Assembly (NCBI GenBank): GCA_032718475.1
Contig: JAUCBJ010004319.1
Location: forward strand, 1-64,000
Direction: 5' to 3'
Length of the DNA: 64,000 nt
Source: Nemertoderma westbladi
Taxonomy: Eukaryota; Animalia; Xenacoelomorpha
Shown: positions 1-12,515 of the stretch, piece by piece
Numbering within the stretch: position 1 is the first letter of the stretch
How the letters are laid out: every line of letters starts with the position of its first letter
Translations under genes and position numbers: made by a program
Notes under the pieces: model-generated
What the model was told of the DNA's origin: nothing
The model's input: only the letters and a program-made list of their open reading frames with translations
The model's database searches: none

Positions 1-372
1 ATTATTTCAGGCTCATCTACTATAGTAGGGAGTCTTTCTACTCTAATAATTTGGTCTGTAGGCTCAGGAATACTTAAATCTACACTAGCTAGTTGCCTTC
101 TCACAGCCGGAGGCAAATTAGGCAATTTCTGTCGGTGCAGCGCCCTTCTACGTCCGCTGGAACGAGATTTATTTCCTCTACCTTCAGGATCTGTTGTATC
201 GCCTTCATCAGAGGATGTAAATCCCTGTCTCCTGGGAGTAGATCGACTTAGCAGCTGCATCTGAGTAGCTGTTCTCTGTTTATTTAAGTAATCTTGCTTC
301 ACTTGAAGATTTTCCAACTCTAGTTGGGCTGTCTCTTCAGATGCCTTCCGTTCTGCTTCTACCACTGCCTCT
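1..372 (-). pseudogene. Fragment of Bel/Pao gag-region ORF
   Basis: Open frame ...ELENLQVKQDYLNKQ...LPPAVRRQL...ERLPTIVDEPEII is homologous to ORF 60692..61321. The upstream part is deleted. Confidence 0.75.
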
Positions 373-1303
373 GTGTCCTTACCTAGAAGTTAATTACCGC
401 AGCCAACCAGAGCTAACGTGCCTATTAACCACTTTACAACACAAATATACTGCCTACACACTAAATTACTTTCGGAAAGTACTGTACTCTAAACCCTAAA
501 TTAGGTACAAGTACTTATACAACAAATAACCAGCAGTTAAATATACTTGAACAGCCAAAAGAACCACGGTATCTGCTGGAGTGACCGGAGCACAAAATCA
601 CCAGTCTTTACCTACGCCAAGCAGCCCTGATGTAGTACCGGGGTTAATTTAACTATAACGGTATGTATAACAAGCACAATTACTGTAGGAATGAACTTGG
701 GGGGTTGGTGGTTGCGAATACTCGCATAGACTCTGAATAATAAATATTACGCTACCCGTGCAGACTATACAAACAAAATACAGACCAAATGCTGGCAGAC
801 TACTGTCAAGCCCAAATAAACTACAGTATATGCAGACTCCGAAATGGTTAGTTAGTAGGCGTTCTAACCCAGTAGTATGACTTATTCTTTCGGGGGGATT
901 TACCTTACAGCACTGGATGCCCCCACCTTCCTAACTAGCACTTTATCGGACAGACACTCTACACACACTGCAATCGCTTCAGACCTAACAATAGTTAGAC
1001 AACAATCCGGCCTACAAATTATTTATACAATCTGAGCAGGCTTACACGCCTTCTGCTCAATATTACACTTACAGATAAATAAAACTGACAGAAATAAGTA
1101 AACCATACAAAGGACTAAGGGGTGATCAATCCCTAATCCCCTAACAGCCTACAATATACAATATTTCACAATCGAAATAATACTGGTACCTGTACTGCTG
1201 TTAGTACCGGTTCGGGTGGTTAGGTAGTTAGGCCTACAGGTTTCCGTCCGACCGGTACATTCGAATTTATTGCCTACGTGCAATCAAGAATGAAAACTAT
1301 TAA

Positions 1304-2439
1304 TGTTCGCGCTTTTAGACTTTTAGCAGTTTAACCTGCCAAATAAATCGACTTTAGCCTAGATCAATTATTTAGTGTACTGAAGTTACATCAGCCGAAG
1401 CCAGTCTGTGCGCGATCATTCACCCACAGTTAAGGGAGACTGGATTCGGATGCTTTGATAGTGATTGCGGTGCAGACCTACTGTATTATTCGATTGATCG
1501 TTACTATATAATCTCTGACAATATATTTACTTTCGGGGAAATATTAACAGTTCCTTTAGGACGTGGCGCTTTAGGTATAAAAACAGAGTTATGACTTATA
1601 CTAATCACAACTAGATGGCCAAAGAGTTTCGTAAAAAGCGCATTCTTTAGGAGATGCTTTATTAACCTTCACACTACTTCACACGACTTCACACTACTTC
1701 ACACTACTTCGCACTGATCTGCCGACCGTCACTGAATTTGATCATATATAAGGAGGATCGCAACTGACACATGTAGGGATTATGAAATAGCATTTAATTC
1801 ACACAAAAACCACTATAATGTAAGTCGCAGTTGCTACCGGTAAACCTGTTCCTCTCACCTTCAGTAATCAAGAAGATTGGGGGTTTTATGATTATTCATC
1901 GGTATTCTCCAAATATATCAGCAATATACAATTAACATAACACCAATTTATAACAGACAGTATGTTATAACAGACAGACAGTGAACAGTCAGTATGTGTT
2001 ACTTATGCAGTGTTCCATGTGCAGCAATGTTGAATTGTAGAATGACAAGGAGTATGATTCAGTGCTCCAGGTTAATAGTTTTACGTTCTTGTAATCAAAG
2101 CCATCAGATGTTTCGGCCAAAGTCTGAAACTTCCACAACAGAAGTACAGAAGATTTCTAAACCGGTTTTCTGGCTCAGAAAGGTAAACAAAGACCGTATT
2201 GCATTGCGCGGTTTTCCATAGGCCCCTGTTCAACAAAAAGTGAAAATCGCTCTGATTGGCTGAGCAGAACAAAGAGGTTCCACGTCTACAGGAAATCAGC
2301 TGACAGATTTCGTCATCTGAGCTCCAATCTTTTAGAGTATTATGCGCATTGCGGAAAAACGACTTGTTATGTCCGCTAAAGCACCTACACCGTGCATTGC
2401 GGGGAAAAATGACTTGTTATGTCCGCAAAAGCTTTTACA
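1304..2439 (-). repeat. 5' LTR of left Bel/Pao copy
   Basis: Minus-strand termini TGTAAAAGC...GCGCGAACA (TG..CA) are shared with 53538-54719. TATA-like box ~1750 and AATAAA ~1660 on the minus strand. Internal (cttcacacta)x4. Confidence 0.85.
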
Positions 2440-5400
2440 CTACTGTTCTACTGGCAGACAGGTAGGCCTACATCCTACAAGCTTTAACAACAGTCTGACA
2501 GTGAACATTCCGGAATAATGTTTCATTTTCAATGTAAGGCCAGAAGGCAGTAAGGCATGTCGGTCTCGGTACCACTGTCAGACAGTAGCAAGGACTTATA
2601 CTGTACGCAATGACAAAGGTGGCATTGACTCATGGCCTGCTCTACTAACTAAATACTGTATCCTCCAACTCACTGCACTGTTACAGTTACGGTACTCAAT
2701 ATTTAGATATTGATAGGAAGACAACAGCGGTAGCAACATTAATAATTGCTCAAAATGTTTCACATCTTCTACATACTGTACAATAGTAAGTAGGCCTACT
2801 GGTCGACTTTGTACAGTAACGCTTTCAAATAACGTCCTTATTGGATCCTAAATGGAAATAAATAACCTTTAAGATATCTCTTGGAATTTGCTTAATGTAA
2901 GTCTACCTACTGTATTTATTTTTTACGCAAATTGTGTTATACTGTACAGTTCTGTAAAGTTGATGTTCTGGTAAGTATTCAAAGGTTATCACTTAGACTT
3001 GTGAGAATAGATGGCACAAAATTGTTTAACCTAATTTAGCGATAAGACTGAATTATTAATACGGCCCCCTTAACCCAGCAACCCCCTCCCTTTCCGCTAA
3101 TTTTTAAAAATCTTTATGCTATCGGTAAAACTTTGAAATATAGATAGGCTGTATGTACTCCCATTTTCAGGTAGGTGGGAGAAATTAACTTTCTCACTTA
3201 CTTTGCAAGCATTTCCAAAAAGTGTTTCCTCAATATTGCACCGTTTGTAAAATCAAGAGTAAAATAAGAAGCAAGAAGTAAAATCAATTTATGCTGCTTA
3301 GTTGGTGCAGCAGTCTGACTGCCCTGGCATATTGGCATGGCATTAGTTGCATTTCCTCTGAAGCTTTGCGTGGCCATTTATTTGGTACGCAGCAAACTTC
3401 GGCCGGAGAAAGCTTCGCCCTCAAAATGAGTGTTAGCAACATCGTTTACTGTATTGTTTTGGTTCGAAAAAGTCGTCTCTGTAACCTGCCGTCTATGTAA
3501 CCTGCTCATGTCCCCCAATCGGGCGAAGAATGGACGCGGGCGAAGATGGCGCCAAACCATTTATTTACTCAATATTCTTTAAATACAAAATTATTTACAT
3601 AATTGATTGAAAAAGTAGCACTTCTCATAGTTGTGACCCGAGTGTATTTTTATACCGAGCGAGCGGAGCGAGGGAGGTTTACATAAATATGTACAGTATA
3701 AACGCTGTTATCAGAATAGTGTCCTTTTCACACAATGGCTGTACTGTATGGCGTACTGCGCGTACTTCATTTTGTAACATTATGTCAAATTATCGGCGTT
3801 TTGAACGATTAATAATTATATATTGTAAAGTTTACTGTTTAGTATGAAAAGTAAAATTCATATCCTTTTAAGAAATTGCTTGCAGTTATTGTAACAACTG
3901 TATGGTAAATAATCTTACACTTACAGTAGAATAGGGCTATCATCGATGGAGAACACTCAATACATTTATAAGTTTATTGTTATTACGTTAGTGAATACTT
4001 TGCAGCGTTCCGTCGTATAGGCCGCAACGCTGTAAAACAGGTAGTTTGCGGCGTTGCGAAAAACGCTGATAAGTTGGCATAATAATATAACAAAATACAT
4101 AATGTTCTAGAATGTTTTGTATGTACGATGGCAGAGGTACGATAATGAAAATGGTGTGAATGGGCGTCGCCTGAGTCCTGAGTGCATTGGAGTGAGTATC
4201 ACAAAACGATAGATCAATCTCATGGATACGTTAACCTGACCATTCTGTCAAATTTCCTTCAGCTGGGTCACAGAATGTTGAATAATCTATCTATAATATT
4301 CGCCTGTACTACCATATTAAGCAAAAACCCGTATGAGTGGATCATCTTCACGGCCTAACTTTAGTGATACCCGAGCCGTAAAATATGTCTTCCGAATGAA
4401 GAAAAAGAGCAACAATGATTAATAATTCAACAATAATTAAACTGATTAGGCCCTACAGAAGTTATACTGTAGTCAGTCAACCTCAAATAAACATCAACAA
4501 TGTTCGGTCAATTTAGATAGAGAAATAAAATAAAAACTTTTTAAATTACCTTTATTACTTATGATTATTTCCGCTAATATATTGTGTGTTTTTTAAACAG
4601 ACTGACAGAGGCCGTAATAAATACTATTTATATTATCCCCCAAAAATTCCATGCCCCATTTTCTTCACTCTCCCACAAACAAAACCCTTTTAGAATTGTT
4701 AACCTTCTCAGGGAGACAACACATTTATTGAACTGTTATTTGTTATTTTGTATTGTACGGATATTTTGTACTTGAAATTAGAATGTTTTAACACCTCCTT
4801 ACCAGTATGCCTCAGCCGGTAGGACAGTACAGCTTGCCAGTCCTGAGCCAGTGAGCACTACACGCTACAGTCAGACAGTATGCAGTACCTGCTGACCTGA
4901 GTCAGTACAGCAATGCAATACAACAGTAGCCTACAGGCTGACTCTGACAGTGCAGCAGTAGCAGAGTAGTGCAGTAGGCTAGTGTACACGAAAGTTGTTG
5001 TAATACTGCTTCCTGACTATTGATGTCTACTGATGACTACCGGTGCCGGTACTGGACTGACCGTATCGGCGTATCCTATGACGAGCTGTAGTGCCCTGCA
5101 GTGCAGCAGTTTCAGAGTTTGGAAAAGTAATTACAGAATTTCGTTAATGGGGTAGACGACTCGGAAATTTTTTTTAGAGTTTTCGTTAGTTTCATCAGTT
5201 CATGTGAAATAGCATTTGTCAGTCGGTGAGAAGTCAAAAATTGGACATGGACTTGAGTCCAAAATTGGACTTCGACTCCAGTTCAAGTCCAAAATTGGAC
5301 TTCTGTGAGTCCAATATTGGACTTCAAATCAGCCAATTGTTCCAGGGCCTTGGGTAATCTGGTAATTGCAGAATTGGATAGGGCGGGATTTTTTTTAATT

Positions 5401-6057
5401 GAAAATATATCAAAAAATAAGAGTTTTGAACAGGGGGACCTGAAATTCACCAGGGTGAACTTTTTTACTGTTTTATAAGGCTTTGAATTTTTACAAAAGT
5501 CCAATAGGCTATTGGACTTTAAGTCCAATTTTGGACGTGACATTGAGAATCAAACTTAAAGGCTGAAAGGTATATGAAGCATGACAGATGAGAGACAGCC
5601 AGACAGCTATTAAGTTATGGAACGTTACCTTTGCCAGTTCAGCAGTTTGCAGCTCTCTGTATGTATCTTCAGTCTGTCAGTGTACACGGGTCCGTCTAAA
5701 AGCCACATCGGACCCAATCGGTACCACATCGGACCAAATCGGACCACATCGGACCACATCGGGGCCACATCGGACCACATCGGGGCCACATCGGAGCCAC
5801 ATCGGCCACAAAATAGCAATTTAGGATGTAAATAACAAGTTCCAGCACCAACTGACCAAACTCGTATCAGTAATTCAGTAATTGTTAGTCTTTCTGACAA
5901 CAGGTCAGGCTGGTAACCGGTACTGCACTGCAGTAGGTACTAGATACTAGAATATCTAATGCAGAGACTATTGCCCCTATTTATACAGTACTGTACCCGT
6001 CTGCAGGTATACACAATGAGCTTGGCAGTTATTGTATTTGTATATAATTATACTATA

Positions 6058-7137
6058 GGGTAGGGTACCCCAATTCCGGACAGAATTTCGATTTTTCCTT
6101 TATTGTAGCTCAACCATAGTTTATTCCAATCAAAAGATGACTCTAACAGTACAGGACATTATCCTACATCAAAATAAAATCTTAACATTGAGTGCCCAGC
6201 GCCATCTAATGGGCGCAAATGGGCACTTTTTTTTACAAGATTGGGTTGTCCGGTATTTGGGCAGGTGCCCAATTTCCGGACAGAGTATAAATTTGTCTCT
6301 GCCTATGTCTGTTTGCTATACAAATCTATAGTTTACATTATAGAAAGGTGCCTAAAACCCGAATACATGTATCACCATGCTGCCAGGGGGTGGGGGGTCT
6401 GTTCACTTGTCTACCTGTTTGTTTGTCTGTCTTTCCACCACTTAAAAACACTAGTTCATGAAAGTCAGAATTCATACAATTTTCCGATTTGCACAACTTT
6501 TTTTTGTTTTGAATTTCTAAGCAAGCACAATTCGTTAATGTCAATAATTTGTAAACCAACCTGTCATTTGTCTGTCTGTTCGTTTGTCTGTTTGTTCGTT
6601 TTTCTGTCTAGCCATTTCTATGCTGTATAATTTCTATTTTCTATTAAATTATATTTATCATTTCTATTAAATTTCTATGCAGTTGAAATTCTAAGCAAAC
6701 ACAATTTGTTAATGTCAGAATGTCAATAATTTGTAAACCAACCTGTCATTTGTCTGTCTGTTCGTTTGTCTGTCTGTTCGTTTTTCTGTCTAGCCATTTC
6801 TATGCTGTATAATTTCTATTTTCTATTAAATTATATTTATCATTTCTATTAAATTTCTATGCAGTTGAATTTCTAAGCAAACACAATTTGTTAATGTCAG
6901 AATGTCAATAATTTGTAAACAAACCTGTCATTTGTCTGTCTGTTCGTTTGTCTGTCTAATCAATTCAGTAATAAAAGTAATGCAATGCAGTACAGAGTAC
7001 AGACAGACAGACACGTTACAGAAAAACCGCAGAATTCTTAATTTTCGTGGTACAAATTTGTGTTGAATAAGTGGTTTGTCCGGAATTTGAGTAGGTTGTC
7101 CGGAATTTGCAATGTCCGGAATTGGGGTACCTTACCC
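6058..7137. mobile_element. MITE with TA target-site duplication (Tc1/mariner-pogo type)
   Basis: 25-bp TIR GGGTAGGGTACCCCAATTCCGGACA / TGTCCGGAATTGGGGTACCTTACCC with TA on both sides. The opposite arm (~13378) shows the empty site with a single TA. Internal ~182-bp tandem repeat at ~6505-6960. Confidence 0.9.
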
Positions 7138-7989
7138 TACTATACTCATACTATACTATACTATACTATACTATACTGACTGACTGATATATAACACATG
7201 CACTAGAGACAATCTTCAGTTCTCCAGTCTGCGGAAGGGAAGGCAAGAAGTTTGAAAGAGAAAACGTTATCAATGCATTGTTTGAAATAATTTGAAACGG
7301 GGGGGGGGGGGGGGGGGGGAACTGGACGCAAATCCCATCTTGGCGAATTAATGTCCCGCCTCAATGTTATATTCTCAATTTAGGGAAAGGAGCAGGTTGC
7401 AGTGGCACGTTATATTAACCAAAACAATAAACTAAACACAATTATTATTTTTGATATTAATCATCTGTTATTTGCGTCGAATTTCCCCTGGAGAGGGAGG
7501 AATGTTTATTGCGTCCAGTTCCCCCCAAGTTCCAAGCCAGACTCAAAAGGTACCAGCCCGGACCAAAGCTACTGGTCGCAATCAGCACCGATGTGGCTCC
7601 GATGTGGCACCAATTTGGTCCGAATTGGTAGTGATTTTCTTATTATTTTGGTTAATGCAACATACATGTAACTGTAAGCGTAACGTGTTATTTTACTTTA
7701 GTTTGTTTTATTTATTTATGTTTATTAATTTGGCATAATGATATAATGTAATACCAAAAAAATTACCAACATCTAGGAGGAGAAGAGTGTTTTGTACGCT
7801 TGATGACAATTGAATTCCCAATAGACTGTATGGTTTAAGAATTGCATGGAGTTTTATAACCGAACATCTAATTGTCAATCGAAAGAGACATTGTAGTAAC
7901 ACGATATGCGATCCGAGGATTCAATCATGCAACATATTCTTCCACCAATCGGAATGGACTGTGTGGAGTCGTCTGGGATCTCTGGATCA

Positions 7990-8365
7990 TGTGCGGTACC
8001 GATTAGGTCTGACTGGGTCTGATGTGGTAGCGATTAGGTTCGATGTGAACCCGATTGGGTCCGATGTGGTACCGATTTGGTCTGATGTGGTACCCATTTG
8101 GTCCAATGTGGTACCCATATGGTCCGATATGTTACCCATTTGATCCGATGTGGTACCGATTTGGTCCAATGTGGTTCCGATTTGGTCCGATGTGGTACCG
8201 ATGTGGTACCGATTGGGTCCGATGTGGTACCGATTGGGTCCGATGTGGTACCCATAAGGTCCGATGTGATACCGATTTGGTCCGATTTGGTACCGATTGG
8301 GTCCGATGTGGTGCCGATTTGTTCCAATGTGGTACCAATGTGGTACCGATTGGGTCCGATGTGGC
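7990..8365. repeat. 21-bp subterminal minisatellite (TCCGATGTGGTACCGATTGGG-type)
   Basis: Direct periodicity seen; translates as the 7-aa repeat VVPIGSD. Confidence 0.9.
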
Positions 8366-8381
8366 TTTTAGACGGACTTTT

Positions 8382-8925
8382 CATCCACCCCTAATAACGC
8401 TTAGTGTTCTGTTCAGTTGCCGCACAGACCATCCATCCACCCCTAATAACGGTTAGTGTTCTGTTCAGTTGCCGCACAGACCATCCACCCCTAATAACGG
8501 TTAGTGTTCTGTTCAGTTGCCGCACAGACCATTCATCCACCCCTAATAACGGTTCGTGTTCTGTTTAGTTGCCGCACAGACCATCCACCCCTAATAACGG
8601 TTAGTGTTCTGTTCAGTTGCCGCACAGACCATTCATCCACCCCTAATAACGGTTAGTGTTCTGTTCAGTTGCCGCACAGACCATCCACCCCTAATAACGG
8701 TTAGTGTTCTGTTCAGTTGCCGCACAGACCATTCATCCACCCCTAATAACGGTTAGTGTTCTGTTCAGTTGCCGCACAGACCATTCATCCACCCCTAATA
8801 ACGCTTAGTGTTCTGTTCAGTTGCCGCACAGACCATCCATTCCACCCTAATAAAGGTCAGTGTTCTGTTCAGTTGCCGCACAGACCATCCATCCACCCCT
8901 AAAAATGGTTAGTGTTCTGTTCAGA
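8382..8925. repeat. 46/50-bp tandem repeat, ~11 copies
   Basis: Unit CATCCACCCCTAATAACGGTTAGTGTTCTGTTCAGTTGCCGCACAGAC with or without a 4-bp CATT/CATC insert. Confidence 0.95.
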
Positions 8926-9402
8926 GGCTTCCACTCAAATGCCTGCTTAAATAGGTGGTTCGCAGATATTCGCAGGTGGATAGGGAGTCGAAATGGTTCA
9001 TGTAAAGAATAACATACTGCATTATAATAATTGGGAAATGAAACTATAAAAAGTAACTATAATAATTTGTACAGTAGTAAGTCTAGGGCCCTGCCATACT
9101 ATGCTAATCGATGTCGTATACTATACTGTATGTCTCTGTGACGGGTGCGACCCGGCACACAATAGAAGCATCTCAATAATCGAAACATTGCTTCTATGAT
9201 ACGAAAATATACACTGCTACATAAGCTTTTGTAAGCAAAATACTCATACTGTAAATAAATATACAGTACTGTAAATCCAAGATAAAGTGTGCAATAGCAA
9301 TGCAACAGTTGTCTCGTTTGCCAAGAACATTGACAGAGTCTAGGATCAGCTAAGTTGCCTAAGTTTGCCATGGTTTAAGACAATCTTGGTCGTTTTTGTG
9401 GT

Positions 9403-9550
9403 CATTCAAGGTCGATAAAATGCGGACCAGTTGACTTACTTGGAGCAAAACTTGGGAAAGGAGAAGCGCCCACCCACCCCCACCTTCGGGTTGCAGCAAT
9501 TGAAAGAGGAGAATTCGGGACGCCTCCATCCTCGGCCGACTGTTAGCTTG
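9403..9550 (+). mobile_element. 5'-truncated, diverged copy of the SINE at 32093-32330
   Basis: GGTCGATAAAATG...AGCGCCCACCC...GAAAGAGGAG...CGGCCGACTGTT is colinear with the minus strand of 32100-32235. Confidence 0.7.
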
Positions 9551-10419
9551 ATATTCTATACAGTAGTGTATCTTCATTGAGTTCATTCCGTTTGGATTAT
9601 TGCTTAGAGAGCTACTACTACGATCGGCATGCTGCATTGCAGCTGCATTATATATATTACATATATATTAAGAATGCTGTTCAGGTTTGTCGACAGAATT
9701 GCCCCGCCACAACTCCCTTTCACCCATGACATTTGTGTAATGGATTTCTCGTGCTCCTTGGCACGATAAGCTCATAAAACGGATTTGAATCTCAAAAAGG
9801 TTCCAGGTTTTACTAAGCGAGGCTTTACCTCGCTTAGTGTTTTGGTTTTCCGGCTAACGTAAAATATTTTCCGCTAGAACATGGTCCTTCAATGACTTGT
9901 TATTTACGGACATCCACAACATTTTAGTATAGTACAAAAACACAGTGATTTTCTGTTCTTCCCAAGTAGTACTGTATATTGCTTCCTTCTGACATATAAA
10001 AAATAGTGTACTGTAACACCATAGAAAAACCTCTGGGATGAGGAAAAGGTAGAAACCGGGTGCTTTGGGTCCGTTTAGCGAAGTATACATTATGGGACAA
10101 ATCCAAGTTCAATAAAGTAAAAATTAAATAATAATGAATGACCAGGACGTAGGAACCATTATTAACATACTTTTGTGAAAGTATCACTTACACACAATAA
10201 AATCCATCAACATAGTTTAATATTAACTTAACATACAGTATACACGATATAAAACAAGTCCAATATCAATTAATTACAATATTAGTAAATATGTACTGAA
10301 AGTATGCAATATACTGATATACAATGTAAAATAAGTACCTAGAATAGTGATCGTAAAATACACAAAATAAATTAAAATAAGTGTGTAGGATAGATAATGA
10401 TATGTATTTGTACCAATGT

Positions 10420-10691
10420 ATCAATGCATTGTTTGAAATAATTTGAAACGGGGGGGGGGGGGGGGGGGGGGGGGGCTGGACGCAAATCCCATCTTGGCGA
10501 ATTAATATCCCGCCTCAATGTTATATTCCCAATTTAGGGAAATGAGCAGGTTGCAGTGGCACGTTATATTAACCAAAACAATAAACAACACACAATTATT
10601 ATTTTTGATATTAATCATCTGTTATTTGCGTCGAATTTCCCCTGGAGAGGGAGGAATGTTTATTGCGTCCAGTTCCCCCCCCCCCCCCCCC
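10420..10691. repeat. Small element with polyG/polyC-flanked inverted ends (copies at ~7270-7527, ~12985-13240, degenerate ~33965-34165)
   Basis: (G)nCTGGACGCAA...TTGCGTCCAGTT(C)n, with interior nearly identical between the three upstream copies. Confidence 0.65.
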
Positions 10692-10825
10692 TATCTGAAT
10701 AATTTTGAGCTGAGCAAATATGTAGTACCACACCTTTGGCTGAGAGTTAGTGAAGCCTTTGATGCTGTTATTCTGATGTTCTGTTATCTGGTTATGTTCC
10801 AACTTTAAACGTTAACAACGTTCAT

Positions 10826-12515
10826 ACATCGGTCCCAATCGGTACCACATCGGACCAAATCGGTACCACATCGGACCTAATGGGTACGAAATCGGACCCA
10901 ATCGGTACCACATCGGACCAAATCGGTACCACATCGGGCCCAATCGGTACCACATCGGACCAAATCGGTACCACATCGGTCCTAATGGGTACCACATCGG
11001 ACCCAATCGGTACCACATCGGACCCAAACGGTACCTCATCGGACCCAATCGGTACCACATTGGACCAAATCGGTACCACATCGGATCAAATGGGTACCAT
11101 ATCGGACCATATGGGTACAAGATCGGACCAAATGGGTACCACATTGGACCAAATGGGTACCACATCGGACCCAATCGGTACCACATTGGTACCACATTGG
11201 AACAAATCGGCACCACATCGGACCCAATCGGTACCAAATCGGACCAAATCGGTATCACATCGGACCTTATGGGTACCACATCGGACCCAATCGGTACCAC
11301 ATCGGTTCCACATCGGACCAAATCGGAACCACATTGGACCAAATCGGATCAAATGGGTACCATATCGGACCATATGGGTACCACATCGGACCAAATGAGT
11401 ACCACATTGGACCAAATGGGTACCACATCAGACCAAATCGGTACCACATCGGACCCAATCGGGTTCACATCGAACCTAATCGCTACCACATCAGACCCGG
11501 TCAGACCTAATCGGTACCGCACATGATCCAGAGATCCCAGACGACTCCACAGTCCATTCCGATTGGTGGAAGAATATGTTGCATGATTGAATCCTCGGAT
11601 CGCATATCGTGTTACTACAATGTCTCTTTCGATTGACAGTTAGATGTTCGGTGATAAAACACCATGGCATTCATAAACCATACAGTCTATTGGGAATTCA
11701 AATGTCATCAAGAGTACAAAATACTCTTCTCCTAGATGTTGATATTTTTTGGGTATTACAGTATATCATTATGCCAAATTATTAAACATTAATAAACTGA
11801 CAAATAAACGAAATATATAAAAGAACAGGTTGCGCTTACAGTTACATGTATGCTGCATTAACCAAAATAATATGAAAATCAGTACCACATCGGACCCAAT
11901 CGGTACCACATTGGAACAAATCGGCACCACATCGGACCCAATCGGTACCAAATCGGACCAAATCGGTATCACATCGGACCTTATGGGTACCACATCGGAC
12001 CCAATCGGTACCACATCGGACCCAATCGGTACCACATCGGACCAAATCGGTACCACATTGGACCAAATCGGTACCACATCGGATCAAATGGGTACCATAT
12101 CGGACCATATGGGTACAACATCGGACCAAATGGGTACCACATTGGACCAAATGGGTACCACATCGGACCCAATCGGTACCACATTGGTACCACATTGGAA
12201 CAAATCGGCACCACATCGGACCCAATCGGTACCAAATCGGACCAAATCGGTATCACATCGGACCTTATGGGTACCACATCGGACCCAATCGGTACCACAT
12301 CGGACCCAATCGGTACCACATCGGACCAAATCGGAACCACATTGGACCAAATCGGAACCACATCGGATCAAATGGGTAACATATCGGACCATATGGGTAC
12401 CACATTGGACTAAATGGGTACCACATCAGACCAAATCGGTACCACATCGGACCCAATCGGGTTCACATCGAACCTAATCGCTACCACATCAGACCCAGTC
12501 AGACCTAATCGGTAC
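10826..12515. repeat. Two 21-bp minisatellite blocks (10826-11520, 11880-12515) in a tandemly duplicated ~1-kb unit
   Basis: Reverse complement of the 7990-8365 array. The unique segment 11520-11880 is a diverged copy of 12520-12890. Confidence 0.9.

Larger units (their letters stand above)
1..2439 (-). mobile_element. Bel/Pao LTR retrotransposon, 5' part of an internally deleted copy (continues left of window)
   Basis: 1-~365 aligns with the gag region at 61005-61370, ~380-690 aligns with 63693-64000, and 1304-2439 aligns with the LTR at 53538-54719. About 2.3 kb present in the right-hand copy is missing at ~370-380. Confidence 0.85.

Noticed and set aside
2072-2082. 11-nt complement of the PBS-position sequence (Tf1-like self-priming)
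   Set aside because: AT-rich match located in putative U3 rather than at the transcript 5' end, and not conserved in the other LTR.
7961-12477. Many overlapping PIGTTSD / GPMWYR ORFs
   Set aside because: Translations of a 21-bp minisatellite that is open in several frames on both strands.
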